A stretch of DNA of 63,898 nt, counting the filler, from Corallochytrium limacisporum Hawaii (lineage: Eukaryota > Protista > Pluriformea): assembly GCA_002811645.1 (NCBI GenBank). It is 5 parts of 5 records of this genome, joined end to end, with 100 filler letters (N's around TTAATTAATTAA, not from the genome) between each part and the next. Parts side by side here need not be neighbours in the genome. Positions count along the whole stretch, not along the records: positions 1 to 30,638 come from PDIP01000101.1; 4 more parts are not named here. One strand, 5' to 3'. The position numbers were made by a program, and so were the translations under genes. The notes below the pieces were generated by a model. That model saw only the letters and a list, made by a program, of their open reading frames with translations. It made no database searches and was not told where the DNA came from. Positions 1 to 11,832 of this stretch are shown here, piece after piece (the first letter of the stretch is position 1; the number at the start of each line of letters is the position of its first letter).

Positions 1-2437
1 AAAAAAATTTTTCGACGACTACGAGATCTTCGATGTCAAGTTAATGTGAAAAGGCTCAATTTTTTGAAGTACACTTAAGTGTTTATTCAATCCGTAAACG
101 AAATATTTGAAATTGATTTGGTGTATAATGATATTTAATAATAATGATAATAATCAAAATATATATTACTCAATCATGATTAAAAAGAGTGATCGGGGTT
201 CTCGTTTTCGTGCGATTTGTCTCATACTTAGGAGACAGAGGGTGGTACATGAGAATTTAATTAGGTTCAGTAAGCACGACATACAAGACATTTTGGAAAT
301 CTTGGAACAACTGACCTCACAATGCGCACATGTACGCACAAATTTAAACGGATTCCAATGTGGTGATGATGCCTACGATAACAATCGATAATGCAGTGAA
401 TCACACTGAGCTGTAATACTCTACGTAACTGCTCCGAGAGTCATGGTAATACACATAACAGGATGCGGAGCTTTCCTGAAGGACTGCAAGCAGGATGTGC
501 ATGTCTGCATCGGCGTAAGAAGCAAGACCACATAAACAGGTCTTCGTGGCTGTGAGGAATTCCGTTTGTTTGGGCGCCGAGCAGCAAGAACCATAACAAC
601 AAATGATTCAGATACTGTAAACTCAGCATCGGAGCATTCCAATTCTGAGATAATAGCACTGGCTACGATGCACGCTGTGGAACTTTGACGTCATGTTTCT
701 CTGAGGCCAGACAGCACACATCGGCGTCTTCAAGAGGACGCATGGTCTTCGTCATATCACCAGGTACATTGAATTCTGATGAATGGTTGAAGTTGTATGA
801 ACTCAATGCCTGTGGTTGTGACAGTGAGTTTAGATGGTTTTGTAAAACGGACACTTCAATTGCCTTTGCCATCTTCCCGTTCACCCGATGAATAAGTAGA
901 TATGCATCAATCCCTTCATTCCACCATGATATGGTCGTGACCATCCTTTCGTCCTCGAACAGTTACACACTTTGTAACAGAAGGTTGGAATCAATAGGCT
1001 TTGTAATGCCGCACCAACTCCACTGACGTATGCGAGCGGCAGAAACATCCAGGCGCCGTGTGCACTGCCATGTATTTTGGTACTGGTCTGACAATTTCTT
1101 ATCGCGTTCGAGCCTTCTGCGGGTACTGAATTTGCTGGGCTGCGAGCCATCTGGAGATCATCCGTGGCTAAGGTTCTGAGGTACCTGCCTCCTCAACTTG
1201 ATCGTCAGCCTCCTTGCCCACGAAACGCATATTACAGCTGCAGTAGCTTTCTGTGACCCCAGATGTCCTCCGTCAGTCTCAGGCGATTACGTTATCCAGA
1301 CATTGTGATGGGCCTGCCAGGAATCATGGACACCGGCGTGCACAGCCCATGATGAGTGTGTGTTGTTCGGAAGATGATGGACTAGCTCTAGTTCACGGGT
1401 CCTTAGTGTTGGCATAAATGTGAGTCCTCCTGAAGCCAGAGGAGGTCCGGCTCGACCTTTGATATCCCCACAGATTTGTAATCTTGTCCTCATGCTTTGT
1501 GTCCTCATGCAATCTCCATAACATATTGAAAGAAGTGAATACCCTTCCAACGCCTTCCAAAGGTTCCGTTTTGAAGAAGCTGGGTGTTGTAATAAAACGC
1601 AGGTTAGCATTGAACTTCCAGCAACGGCCCCTTGCTGAATGTTCTTCCGTCCCACAGCCCCTCCCCGGAAGCTCATTCTTTTGACACCGCCAACAACGAG
1701 TCAGTACGAATTTTTGGAAGAGTAACCAGGCACATCTACAGACAGCCATATTAGCATTTCCTAGGCTGGAGGCGTAGTAGCGCGCACAGATGTACCACTA
1801 AGAAACTGCATTCCCATCTCGGCCCGAAATTGGAAATTTAAACAAAGCTGGATGCAACCCAACATTGCGCAGTTTCCGGTGAAAGAATTAGTGGTCGAAA
1901 GGCACAGTGGTGGCAGCAGCTCTATGTAAGCACACGGCTCTATGTAAGCATACGCGTATCTTACGCACTGAAGGAAAGACAACGCGACAGTGAACAAACA
2001 ACGATTCCATGCGACTGTGTTGACCCTGATCAACTATAGTTTGGATTTCAAACACCGTAAGAAAGCTCTGGGGCCGTACCATGCCCAGTTCATGCTGCAT
2101 CGCTACTGACTTGTAACCCGGTTTCCCTTGCCATCTCCGTCCCCCTCGCCCCGGAAGGAGGGCCTCATGACCGCGCTAATTAACCACTGCAACTGCACAA
2201 AGGCTGTTGATAGACCGGCCGAGTGCGCACGGCGGAGAAAAGTTTCAAGTAGAGTCAGCTCACAAACGCCAGGGATCAGTGAATAGGAAATTCTTTCTAT
2301 GACTATTACATACAACCTTCATCACATTGCTTGGCTTCCCATAGGATCCTGCCCCGCAAGTGTTGGAAACCTCTCGCAGGGTTCTGTCCCCTTGGCTTCC
2401 ACCGTAGGGAGGGTCTCCCATTTGTTTTGGTTTGGCC

Positions 2438-2493
2438 GGTGTTTCCTATTGAAACTGACTTAGTTGGTGTTTCCTATTGAAGCTGACTTAGTT
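2438..2493. repeat. 28-bp tandem duplication (GGTGTTTCCTATTGAA[A/G]CTGACTTAGTT x2)
   Basis: Two adjacent copies with one mismatch, read directly. Confidence 0.85.
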
Positions 2494-2977
2494 TGAGCCG
2501 TCCGCTTCAAACCATGCAAACAGTACCACTGGTACACACACTGACACGAGCATTATTAGTGAGAATTCCATTGGGACCATTTGAGCAAGGCATCGAGCTA
2601 AATCTGTACCACCACTAGCAATTCGCCTCGCAAAGGCCACAGTAGACGAGGTTTCAACCACTGTCTCCGTCCTGATGATCCTGATGATTGCAATGTGACG
2701 ACCTTGTCAATGAAAGAGCACATTTGGTTGGGGAAAATGTCGACTTAGAGAGTCATGGCGCAAAGCACAAATGGAAGCTGAGAGCTTTTGCTAGTGGACG
2801 GCAAGCAGGAGCTGAGGGGTACACGGACCGGGTGAGGCGAGCCTAACATGAAAAGCCAATTCTGTGAAGGATACTGAGTTGTGGGCGTTGAGCAGGCATT
2901 GTTTATTATGACATTGATGTGAACTCACAACAGATACTACAACTCTCGAGGATGACGGTACCCGTACTTGGCACACT

Positions 2978-4589
2978 TTAAACAGCCGTTGCTTCAATTG
3001 GGATGAGCGGTCCGCCGATACCTCCAGCGGGAAGATCGCTATGCAACTCAGACGCCTTACTGTCATTGGTACCACCCAGGACATTGTTCTTGAGATAGTC
3101 GGCCATTGCCGCAAAATTCGGGCTCCCAAGTCCAGTCACTGGATCCCAACCTTCAATAGCGTCAAACCCACTACACTGGCCACTTGCATTGTTACCAGAC
3201 TTGATGTCAAAGAATGTATCCGGGGCATCTACCTTCATCTTGTAGAGAAGGGGATTCAAGAAGCCGAGCGAATTTCCACCGCTGTTGAAGCTGATGTCAT
3301 TAAGCAAGCTTACGATACCGGCAAAAGTTGGAGTAGCACAGGAGGTACCATCGACAAGTGTAAAGTTTCCGTTAAAGACGATTTCAAAATCGGTACCGAA
3401 GGCAGAAACATCTGGGTAGCCACGACCAGCGCTTCTGAAGGTGCTGGCTGGTGGGAGATTTGCAGTAGTCAGGTAGGTCTGTACAGCATCGGACTGATAG
3501 TCGGGTTGATCATACAAGTTACTGAAACCTCCGCCGGAGCTTCCACCATCCTTGCCAGACCAAGCCATAGAAGGACCGTCCGTACCACCAACAGAAGTGA
3601 TGAAGGGACAACCGGCTGGGAAGTCAGGCGAATTTACAAAGGAGTGTCGGTTTTCCGTGCAACCGACACCGTCGTCTCCTGACGCAAAGAGAATGGAACG
3701 GCCCGAAACACCGAACATCTGGAAATGTTCTTGCAGCGTTTCAGGGTTCTCCACCTCATCATCCTCATCCTCGCCATAACTGAGAGAGTGAACCCACGGT
3801 GAGGTATCCAGCATGTTCTGCTGACCCATTACCCAATCTAGGAAACTTCCAGCCCCTTCGAACTCGACCCAGGTCGTGACTCCCTGGGCAACACCGAGGA
3901 TGTATTGCACGTCCAGATTGGCTTCAATTCCGGGCTGGCTTCCAATGTTCTGGCCCATAGTGAAGTCAATTTTGTGAGGAATAACGCCAAAGGTGGTCTC
4001 GAATAGACTTAAATCATCGGGACTGTAGAACTGTGGGTCTGGATTTCCATTCTCATCCCCTACAGTGAAGGAGACGATGGCCTGTTTGTTAATGGCGCTG
4101 CTTGCCTCATGATTGATATTGTACTCGTCGTGGATTACATCCGGAGTGATAATCTGTGTGCTTTGCCGGCGGCGGTCGTTCCTTGGGGACATCTTTGCCT
4201 TAATTGGACGGCCACGAAGCAATAAGCCTGACACTTCGGTCAAGCTGTTACCGACATGATCAGGCACCGTGAAATCCATGGTTCGAATAATTCTATGTTC
4301 TGGTCTGTTTTCGTGGCTGTAAATGTTGAATTTCGCGTTGAAAGTCTTCTGAGCCTCAGATACAGACATGTGCACCCTGATCAAATCTTCCGCGGGGCTC
4401 TTGGTGACACTCTTTGTGTTGACAGACTTGAGCCACTCATCCACAGTGTCAATATGTTCCTGCTGAGGGCGAACAAGGTCGACTACCTCGGCCATACTCA
4501 GCCAATTCTGGTACTTGGGACTGTCGGGGTCACTAACTTCCAAGAGGGTCTTCTCTACCACGTCCATATTCTGATGGGGTAGCGCAAGA
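2978..4589 (-). CDS. Sedolisin / tripeptidyl-peptidase I-like serine peptidase (S53), 5'-partial (runs into N gap 4590-5042)
   Basis: Prodomain (VSDPDSPKYQNWLS), EANLDVQY (catalytic Glu/Asp), ASGDDG oxyanion motif, GTSCATP catalytic Ser, GWDPVTGLGSPNF Ca-binding end. The frame is open up to the gap. Confidence 0.93.
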
Positions 4590-6139
4590 NNNNNNNNNNN
4601 NNNNNNNNNNNNNNNNNNNNNNNNNNNNNNNNNNNNNNNNNNNNNNNNNNNNNNNNNNNNNNNNNNNNNNNNNNNNNNNNNNNNNNNNNNNNNNNNNNNN
4701 NNNNNNNNNNNNNNNNNNNNNNNNNNNNNNNNNNNNNNNNNNNNNNNNNNNNNNNNNNNNNNNNNNNNNNNNNNNNNNNNNNNNNNNNNNNNNNNNNNNN
4801 NNNNNNNNNNNNNNNNNNNNNNNNNNNNNNNNNNNNNNNNNNNNNNNNNNNNNNNNNNNNNNNNNNNNNNNNNNNNNNNNNNNNNNNNNNNNNNNNNNNN
4901 NNNNNNNNNNNNNNNNNNNNNNNNNNNNNNNNNNNNNNNNNNNNNNNNNNNNNNNNNNNNNNNNNNNNNNNNNNNNNNNNNNNNNNNNNNNNNNNNNNNN
5001 NNNNNNNNNNNNNNNNNNNNNNNNNNNNNNNNNNNNNNNNNNAGAGGTCGTGAACATGTGACGAGCTCCCATCAAGACGTCATTATCCACTACTTTCTCC
5101 AACTCATTCACTCAATGTGAACGCCCGAGACTAATTGACATTGCCTACGGCTGCCTTCTTGTTACTCTCGCATATGGGACGGAGTTTGATGCACTGAACT
5201 GGTCACAGGAAGTGCCCGCTTACAAGTATCTACCTTGCCATACGAAATTTCTCGGCCTTCGGACCACGAAGAGCCCTCGCGAGGCCTACTGGAAAAGAGC
5301 AGAATTTGATCGTGGGCAACGCGGTCTGTTCATTAGAAACATTCGTGACAACGGAGGACTCCGGAAGCTGAGCAGTAATTCACTCACCTTTGCGCATCGC
5401 GAGTTACGAGGACAACGATCCACGACACCGTGCCCAGAGCGTCCCAGGCGCCCCTTTCCCCCCCCCCCGGGGGGCGGAGGGAGGAAGGTGCCACCCCCAG
5501 GGAGATTACCGGCATCTGCTATTTGGTACGGTGGTTCTCTTCCTCCCCCCACACGCGATGGGATCTTACTAAGGGCGCCAGGTTGTGCAGCCAGCCAGTA
5601 GGTACGCGCACAAGAGTCATCGCCGTCACTCACAGGCCCTATTGCAACTGTATCACAGTTTCCTTCACTGCAAGAGTATGGGGCCACACAGATCCGTCTG
5701 TACGTGTGCTCAATGAGAAACTCAGGACAACCACCCATACAGTCCTCGTGTTGTTTCACACAAACGGGGACATCGACAACGGCCTATCGCTGGTGGCACT
5801 GTGGTGCTAAATGCTGATCTTACGAGATCACACACAATATGTCTGACTCTCTCCAACAGACATCTTCCGTTCATCAAAATCATGGAACAATCCGAAAGGG
5901 ACATCACTAGCAAGGCACGAACGGCAAACTGACCATACTCTTGTCTGCAACAGGATCATCACCTTTCTGCTGTAGGTATTGTGAACGGTGAGCAAACAAT
6001 TTATTGGTCTGAAACGTTCATGCCATTGCACAATGCCTTTCAGAACCTTGTTCACACAGCTCCAACGGCTACTGAATGTGTTCTTGAAGGAAGAGTATAA
6101 GCGTGCACGGAGAGTCAAGACAAAGAGTCAATGGAATTT

Positions 6140-6713
6140 TTGGTGGTGGTGGTGGATGATATGGTGACGAAGGGTAATGAGAGTAGTGATGACAATGAGG
6201 AGTTTTGCGCAACTGGCGGTGGCCCGCACGGGTCGCGGGAAAGCCAGAACACTGCATTGCAGCTTCCTTCAAGGAGTGTCGCCTGCGTATAGGGACCTGG
6301 CGATCAGACTTTGTTGAGCCAAATAATAGGGAGATTAAACCACAGCCGATCATAAGAAACTACCCGGCTGCTCCAGCATGATGTGTGGGCTGTTGGTCAT
6401 GGTAAACGAGGATGTTGCTTCAATAATCTTGTGTGCAAAGATCGATGCCATCGGTACACGGTCAGAGAGTGGCGGCAGTGTTCTTCGCTCAACTTGGATG
6501 GCTTCGAAGCATAAAAGGACAGTCATTATGGCAACAGGTGGACGTCTTAGTGGTCCAGCTATTTCATGTAACAACCATGTCGATTGCAAGATTAATTTCA
6601 GTTCCCAACCACCGATGCATGCATTGGGCATGCTGAAGGTCCAAATTAAGAGGGCCATAGTGACTGACAAGTGCGATCGAATCCTGACCATTGCTCTTTC
6701 TGTGATTTCGTAA
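6140..6713 (+). pseudogene. Eroded 26S proteasome AAA-ATPase (Rpt6/PSMC5-like) remnant
   Basis: Fragments across frames: GPG.QTLL (Walker A relic), SMMCGLLVMVNEDVASIILCAKIDAIGT (cf. [27 protein letters not shown]), LNLDGFEA* (cf. LNQLDGFEA), VIMAT, VDCKINF (cf. IDRKIEF). Contains stops and frameshifts. Confidence 0.65.
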
Positions 6714-9700
6714 AGTCTGAGGTGGGCCAAGATACCATTCCCACCTACCCCTCCCTCAGTTAGCACATATGCTGTGACTTTTAGCACACAGCTCTGTATT
6801 TGAAGTGCCACACGTCAACACACTGGTTTAGGGAACAATGGTCATTAGAACTGCACCATACATGCTATACAATTGGTTCAGGTTCCGTGGTACACCGGAG
6901 CAGCACAGACGGTTGTATACACCGAACTCTGAAGCGGTGATCAGCAGACCGGTTTGCTCTTCGCAATTCATGGTCCAAGTGATTTGGCCCGTGCCCATCC
7001 CCTGATTAGACTGCTGCCTTTCTCTTTCCCCCCCCCCCGCGGGGGCCCCCCATTTCGATGTTTTGACCTTCACAAAGTCGGCTCCCAGGAAGCAGACTAG
7101 AGTAATCGGGAATCCAATCACTGGCAGGCGCCGAAGCGGACTAACGAAATGAGAAAAACAAATTCCACACCTTCCAAGTCCGTGGTCCGTAGCTTGGTAA
7201 TGTTTTAGGTGAGTTTTGTGTCCCACACAGACAGAAACGGCTGCTCACCCTGAGCCTGGCAGTATCATATGCGCCTGATTGAACGGAATGCAATAACTTG
7301 GCAAATCAGGGAGTAAACTGGGCTACAAGAAACGGAGGCATTGCCAGTGCACACGCGGTCGCGCAGATGGATCATATTGTATTTTGCAATGGCATCCTGG
7401 TCACCCGGTTGCCATTAAAGCGCGCATATTATGTGTGCCAACGGGTAACCACGCTGGTACCACCGTAGTAAAAATAACAAGAGAAGGTCCCAATTCCACT
7501 TTTACCCCAGCGGAAGTCATAGCACTGTTCATATAATACCAACGTGCCGTGTAGCCCAGGACGGTGCAAGTCTTATTTTTCTTCACCGCCAGGAGACCGG
7601 GGAAGGTGGGAAAAGACCGAGGTAAGCGTATTGGCAAAGAGAATTGCGCTCCTGCCCCGGTGAGCGAGGAGGGTAAAAAAGACGGTATCAGAGCAGGGTC
7701 CAAACACATTAATTTCAATGGTCCATTACATTGCGTCCGCCTGCAGCCGAGGGCGGGGCCAGCATTCTTGAGGACATCTTCGCGGAGCGGCCGCTGTTTC
7801 CTTGAAATAGAGAGCGAGGTGGTCCCAATATGTCGGCTTACCTCACAGGACACCGGTCAGATTTATGGACTCCCGGCTGTGCCGTCGTCTTGCGAAATGG
7901 CGCCTTCAGATACCTCAATTGAATACCAGGTAATTGCCATTTTCGGCCACTTTGTTCGTTGATCCCAAACCACACACACACACACCACCCAGATTATGTT
8001 CTATCTCGTTCCCCAAATCAAAACAAAAACAAAGCAAAGCTTCTTTGACAGGGGCAGTTCCTGAGAAATAGAATGCGGAACGATATTAGTGGACTGCAAA
8101 CAGCACTATGGCGTTGGTGCCCTGTGTTAACTACAGGAAGACCGAGGAAGGCGGTCAGGTTATAAATGCAAGCTCCATGTGCCTATGTGCACGCGGTCGA
8201 TTAATGACCCATTGTGTAAGGAAACAAAACGGAATGTAACACTGCGTATTGTGTACGCCACCATATGCAGCCACAACTCTACTATGGTGGGCGCCCACCG
8301 CGCTGCATCGGGTCCGCGCTAACGCAAGGAACTGTTAATAGATTGGGAGAGTGCGTACTACTTAACGCTTCACTACGGATCAATTCGCAGACATCGTCCA
8401 CAAACCATTACAGTGCGTTCGCTATAGTTCACCTTGGTCAGTATGTCTCCGATGTCGTGCCGAAGATCTGTCCGTGAGTTTGAGATTGCGAGGAAGCATC
8501 ACAGTTTCATCAGAGCCCAAATGTACTTTTCCTTTCCCACTTGGAAGAGTCCCTTTTGAGTCCTCGGCCGTACTCTTTGTACATGCCGCTGAGGTCTTGC
8601 GATCAATTCAAACAGGAACACAGCACAAAGGCGCACGAGACATCATGCAACAATTCCATTAGAATCACTATGCACGACACCGAGGCTAATGGGCAATGTC
8701 CGAGAAGCCTAGACACCTGCGTTTGCAGTGCGCACAGGTACGAACTTTGAGCAGCGGCCTCTGTTCCGATGACGTCCATGATTGCAGGGATAGCGTGGTA
8801 AATCAAAGAAGGCACTGAACTAGAATACGCTAGATAACTACTCCGGGTATCATCGAAATACACGTAACAGGACGCGGGAACATTTTGATGGTGGACCGTA
8901 GCCCTTGGAGTGGATGTCGGCTGAGCACTCACGAAGGAGCCGGAAGACGGAAGGGCAAACCTACACAGCCACATACAGCGGATCAGGAATGGCGAACATA
9001 TGGCCGGGGGGAACAAACCCAGCCCTAAGAATCAACCCTGACAAGCAACTCTGAAAGCTCGATTATGGTACCCCTACCATTTCGACAATGTCACTGGTGC
9101 GATACACACTTCTCANNNNNNNNNNNNNNNNNNNNNNNNNNNNNNNNNNNNNNNNNNNNNNNNNCGGAAGACGGAATGGCAAACCTACACAGCCACATAC
9201 AGCGGATCAGGAATGGCGATCATATGGCCGGGGGGGGAACAAACCCAGCCCTAAGAATCAACCCTGACAAGCAACTCTGAAAGCTCGATTATGGTACCTA
9301 CCATTTCGACAATGGCACTGGTGCGATACACACTTCTCAAATTTGACGTCATGTTCCACTGAAGCCAAACAAAACTCAGATGGTGACTGCAGCAGGATAT
9401 CGTCTTGGACACATTCAATAAATATGAACGAAATTCAATGAATGATGGATGTGGCATTGTTTTCGTGAATACAATGGATTTTTAATGGTGTCGGCGATTT
9501 CATTTCACCTATTCCAAGAGAGTGCAAGCCTTCTTCTCGTCGCCATCGGATTAACAGCGCCTATAGACTAGATCTGTCCACTGTCAATTTATCAGCGTGG
9601 ACCCGTCCTTACGCCCTCTACCACATATTGCAACATGTGACAGACTGACTAGAGCAAAATGCGACAGCAGTAGGATACATGCAGCTGCGCACATTTGTAG

Positions 9701-9824
9701 GTGATCTGAAAATAATCACACATCTTGACTATACCGACCATTTATTATCGCTTTCCATTTGTGCCAGATATCGTGGAGTGCACGCACATCCATGAGATCA
9801 CCCCCGTCCAAAAAGGCTTAAAAA

Positions 9825-9945
9825 CTACGCCCTCCTTGTATCCGGTTGATGGCTATTGCGCGTACTTCTTTTCACAAATTCAGCCATGATCGGGAAATTA
9901 GGAGTACCCACACCAGTGACAGGGCCAAACCAAAACGGCAACGTT
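9825..9945 (-). pseudogene. Relic C-terminus of an S53 peptidase
   Basis: GPVTGVGTPNFPIMAEFVK mirrors DPVTGLGTPNFPAMSAYVA of the adjacent gene and lies just downstream of its stop. Confidence 0.7.
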
Positions 9946-10011
9946 GATGATGCTGGAAACCAAATGGAGCTGAACCAAACAACGCGGGCCGGAGAAAGAC
10001 TGACCCTCTCA

Positions 10012-11832
10012 TTAGAAACTAAGGTCGGCGCTCCGTCTGCTGCTGGCAGTAGTGCTCTGGGCAATGCTCGCGACGTAAGCAGACATAGCCGGGAAGTTCG
10101 GAGTCCCCAGGCCGGTGACAGGGTCCCAACCCGGTGCCGCGTTAAAGCCAGAACAGGGAGAATCGGGGTTCTTGCCAGACACGATGTCTGTGAACGCGTT
10201 GGGTGCCTCAGTCTTCATCTGATACAGCAACGGGTTCAGGAAACCGAGCGTACTGCCTCCGTTCGCAATGCTCACATCGTTCAGCAAAGTAATAATACCG
10301 GCAGTAGTTGGAGTCGAACACGACGTACCGTCAAGAAGGACGGATTGTCCGTCTAAGATGATTTCAAAAAAGGTGGAGAAAGCGGAAAGGTCAGGGAAGG
10401 CACGACCAGCGTTGTTGAACTGACGAGAAGGCGGGAGACTGATGGAGCTGTCCAGGTACGCGTTCACATGGTCATTCTGGTAGTCCATTCTTGAAAACTC
10501 GTTGCTGAAGCCACCGCCAGAGCCAGTCCAGGCCTCAGACGAACCGTCAGTGCCGCCAACGGTGGTTACATATGGAGAGCTGGCCGGGAATGAAGGGTCT
10601 TGCTTACCCCCGACACAACCTACACCACTGTCGCCAGACGCCACCAGAACAGTGCGACCAGTCGTGCCAAGCTTCATGAACTGGACGTTAGCTGCGTCCA
10701 TGTTCTCCCACTCACTTGATGATTCTGAGAATCCGTAGCTCATCGACAGAACCTTTGGAGCGTCGTCGCCACTTTCATCCACTGTATTGGCCCATTCAAG
10801 CAGATTGAAGAAATCTTTTTGGTAGAATACCCATGTCTCACAGCCTTGGCAACTGCTCGTGATGTACTGGACGTCCAGATTCGCTTCGTCTTGAGGGTTG
10901 GATGGATCGTTTGCCGGGCCAATTACCTTTTTGATGGGATTGGAAGTGACGTCGAACATAGACTGGAACTGCGCCAAATCTGAAACGGAGAAAAACTCAT
11001 CGTTTTCGCCATCAAAGAAGGATGCAACTGCCTGTTTGGATACCTGGGGCGCGCTAGGTGTGATCTGGTATTCTGAGAGGATCGCAGCTGGCGTGATCGG
11101 GTTGTTGAAACCGGGCGTACCGGCGAACCTTCGACGATCGTCATCAGGGTTGGAAAGTTGGGCTTTGAAAGGTCTGTAGTCAACCAGCATCAGCCCAGAA
11201 ACGTCGCTCAGTGCCGCAGACACCTCGTCCGGAACATTGTACTCCAACGTGCGGATAATCTTGCTGTGTTGGTTGGGAGGTCGGTAGTAATTGAACTTCG
11301 CATTAAAGGCTTTCTTGGCCTCGCCAACAGACATGTGCACGGTAATCAGGTCCTCAGCAAGATTCTTGGAGATACTGTCGCAGGCAAAGCCTTGGAGCCA
11401 GCTCTCCACGACATCGATATGAACCTGCTGGGGCCGTACCAAATCAGCCACTTCGTTCACATTAAGATATTGCTGGTAATTCGGGCTCTTCGGGTTACTG
11501 ACATCTTGTAGAGTTGCCTCCAGCTTTGCAACGTTCTGATTCTTCAGAGCGAAAATCACCTTCACCTGTTCATTTTCTTCGTCCTCCACCTCACCGAGGT
11601 CCGTCCATCCGGATGGCATTTCGTGACGCTTAGTCTTGAGGCGATGGGAATTGACTCTCGCTTCAATGGGCAGATCAAGACTGCTCAGACCTCCTTGAGC
11701 AGGAACCTCCGCAAGCGGCTGTTCATTGCTGTCCTCGTCAGCAAAGTCAAGGTTAACTTGCCGGCGGCCGTGCACAGGGGCAACGATCTCAGCCTGGGCA
11801 TTGCCCAGACCAACTGCTTCATAAACTTCCAT
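10012..11832 (-). CDS. Sedolisin / TPP1-like serine peptidase (S53), paralog 2
   Basis: Prodomain, EANLDVQY, ASGDSG, GTSCSTP, GWDPVTGLGTPNF. Start placed at ATG 11832, which has a TATTTAAA about 95 nt upstream; the ORF is open to 12003. Confidence 0.93.
   Translation of the reverse strand: MEVYEAVGLGNAQAEIVAPVHGRRQVNLDFADEDSNEQPLAEVPAQGGLSSLDLPIEARVNSHRLKTKRHEMPSGWTDLGEVEDEENEQVKVIFALKNQNVAKLEATLQDVSNPKSPNYQQYLNVNEVADLVRPQQVHIDVVESWLQGFACDSISKNLAEDLITVHMSVGEAKKAFNAKFNYYRPPNQHSKIIRTLEYNVPDEVSAALSDVSGLMLVDYRPFKAQLSNPDDDRRRFAGTPGFNNPITPAAILSEYQITPSAPQVSKQAVASFFDGENDEFFSVSDLAQFQSMFDVTSNPIKKVIGPANDPSNPQDEANLDVQYITSSCQGCETWVFYQKDFFNLLEWANTVDESGDDAPKVLSMSYGFSESSSEWENMDAANVQFMKLGTTGRTVLVASGDSGVGCVGGKQDPSFPASSPYVTTVGGTDGSSEAWTGSGGGFSNEFSRMDYQNDHVNAYLDSSISLPPSRQFNNAGRAFPDLSAFSTFFEIILDGQSVLLDGTSCSTPTTAGIITLLNDVSIANGGSTLGFLNPLLYQMKTEAPNAFTDIVSGKNPDSPCSGFNAAPGWDPVTGLGTPNFPAMSAYVASIAQSTTASSRRSADLSF

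Noticed and set aside
8941-9339. ~175-bp direct repeat around an N gap
   Set aside because: Unmerged contig-end overlap across a scaffold gap; assembly artefact.
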